Of a DNA stretch of 64,000 nt, positions 63,047 through 64,000 are shown piece after piece. The stretch comes from Squalus acanthias. Taxonomy: Eukaryota. The stretch is taken from NCBI GenBank assembly GCA_030390025.1, contig CM059432.1, forward strand, positions 31,870,001 through 31,934,000. The letters are read 5' to 3'. Positions within the stretch are counted from its first letter, which is position 1. Every line of letters begins with the position of its first letter. Position numbers and translations under genes: made by a program. The notes under the pieces were generated by a model. That model did no database searches and was not told the DNA's origin. It saw only the letters and a program-made list of their open reading frames with translations.

Positions 63047-63564
63047 CCCCCAAGATTAAACAGTGCTGTTAATATCTCTAAGCTTTGATTCCCTTTCTCA
63101 ACAGAAGTTTTGAAGTAGCTATCTTGACTTGTGTATTTGTTGTAATGACTAATCAGTAAGGAAGTATATAATCAGCTCTTTTATACTGTGGTGTTGAATT
63201 ATTCTTCCCAGCCAATTCTCTTCATGTTACAAACCCTCCCTGTTTAATGTCCCGTGTGTATTGCTTTATAAATCATGGTCTTGCTTAAAACCACGACCAA
63301 TCATTATGGAGCAGCAATGAACAAAGCAAACATAAAACACTCTGAGCTATATTGCTAAATCAATAGAGTGCAAGTTGGCGGATATTATGCTCAAACTGCA
63401 CAGTTCTCCGATCAGACTGTGCCTTGAGTACTGTGTTCATTTTTGGTCACTGGTGCACAAGAGAGCCATTCAAGCCAAGGAGATGGTACAGAGAAGAATC
63501 ACAAGGCTGATCCCCAGGGTCAGACTACTGTTTTATGAGGAAATATTACATAGGATTGCTTAGG

Positions 63565-64000
63565 GTATACGGCACAGAAACAGGCCATTCGGCCCAGCCA
63601 GTCCATGCCGGCGTTTATGCTCCACTCTAGCTTCCTCCTGTCTTTCCTCTACTAAATCTATCAGCGTAACCCTCTATTCCCTTCTCCCTCATATGCTTGT
63701 CTAGCCTCCCCTTAAATGCATCTATACTTTTCGCTTCAACCACTCCCTGTGGTAGCAAGTTCCACATTCTCGCCACTCTGGGTAAAGAATTCCCTATTGG
63801 ATTTCTTGGTGACTATCTTATATTGATGGCCTCTAGTTATGCTCTTCCCCACAAGTGGAAACATTCTCTCTGTATCCACTCTATCAAAACCTTTCATAAT
63901 TTAAAGACCTCTATTAGGTCACCGCTCAGTCCTTTTTCAAGAGAAAAGAGGACCAGCCTGTTCATCCTTTCCTGATATGTATACCTTTGCATTTCTGCTG
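63565..64000 (-). mobile_element. CR1 3' end (runs off the window)
   Basis: ggcacagaaacaggccattcggccc tail followed by RT C-terminal remnant. Confidence 0.78.

Overview
Eukaryotic (vertebrate) genomic DNA. The repeat complement (HER1-type CR1 LINEs, Deu-domain SacSINE1-like SINEs, Penelope-like elements) points to a cartilaginous fish, probably a shark (inference). The whole window lies inside one + strand gene, the STE20-family kinase OXSR1 (OSR1). Seven coding exons (620 nt, all with AG/GT boundaries and continuous phases) run from the DFG motif through the activation loop, kinase C-lobe, S-motif/WEW region and a 36-nt microexon. Almost every ORF in the supplied track is a transposon fragment or noise. 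The introns are a layered archive of mobile elements: CR1 (one near full length), L2, RTE, Penelope, SINEs, hAT and PIF/Harbinger elements, often nested. The most interesting non-obvious signals are: (1) minimal type-I hammerhead ribozyme motifs in Penelope ends, intact only antisense to the host gene; (2) recurrent fold-back mini-elements built from those ends, one with a direct and one with an inverted flank duplication; (3) 49-66 bp micro-insertions with 13-bp TSDs; (4) a cryptic 5.7-kb hAT element; (5) an RTE insertion with an internal 64-bp inverted duplication; (6) inverted CR1/SINE pairs bracketing a single exon. I found no convincing evidence of a wholly new biological system. The ribozyme-bearing mini-elements are the best candidate for something under-described in this lineage.
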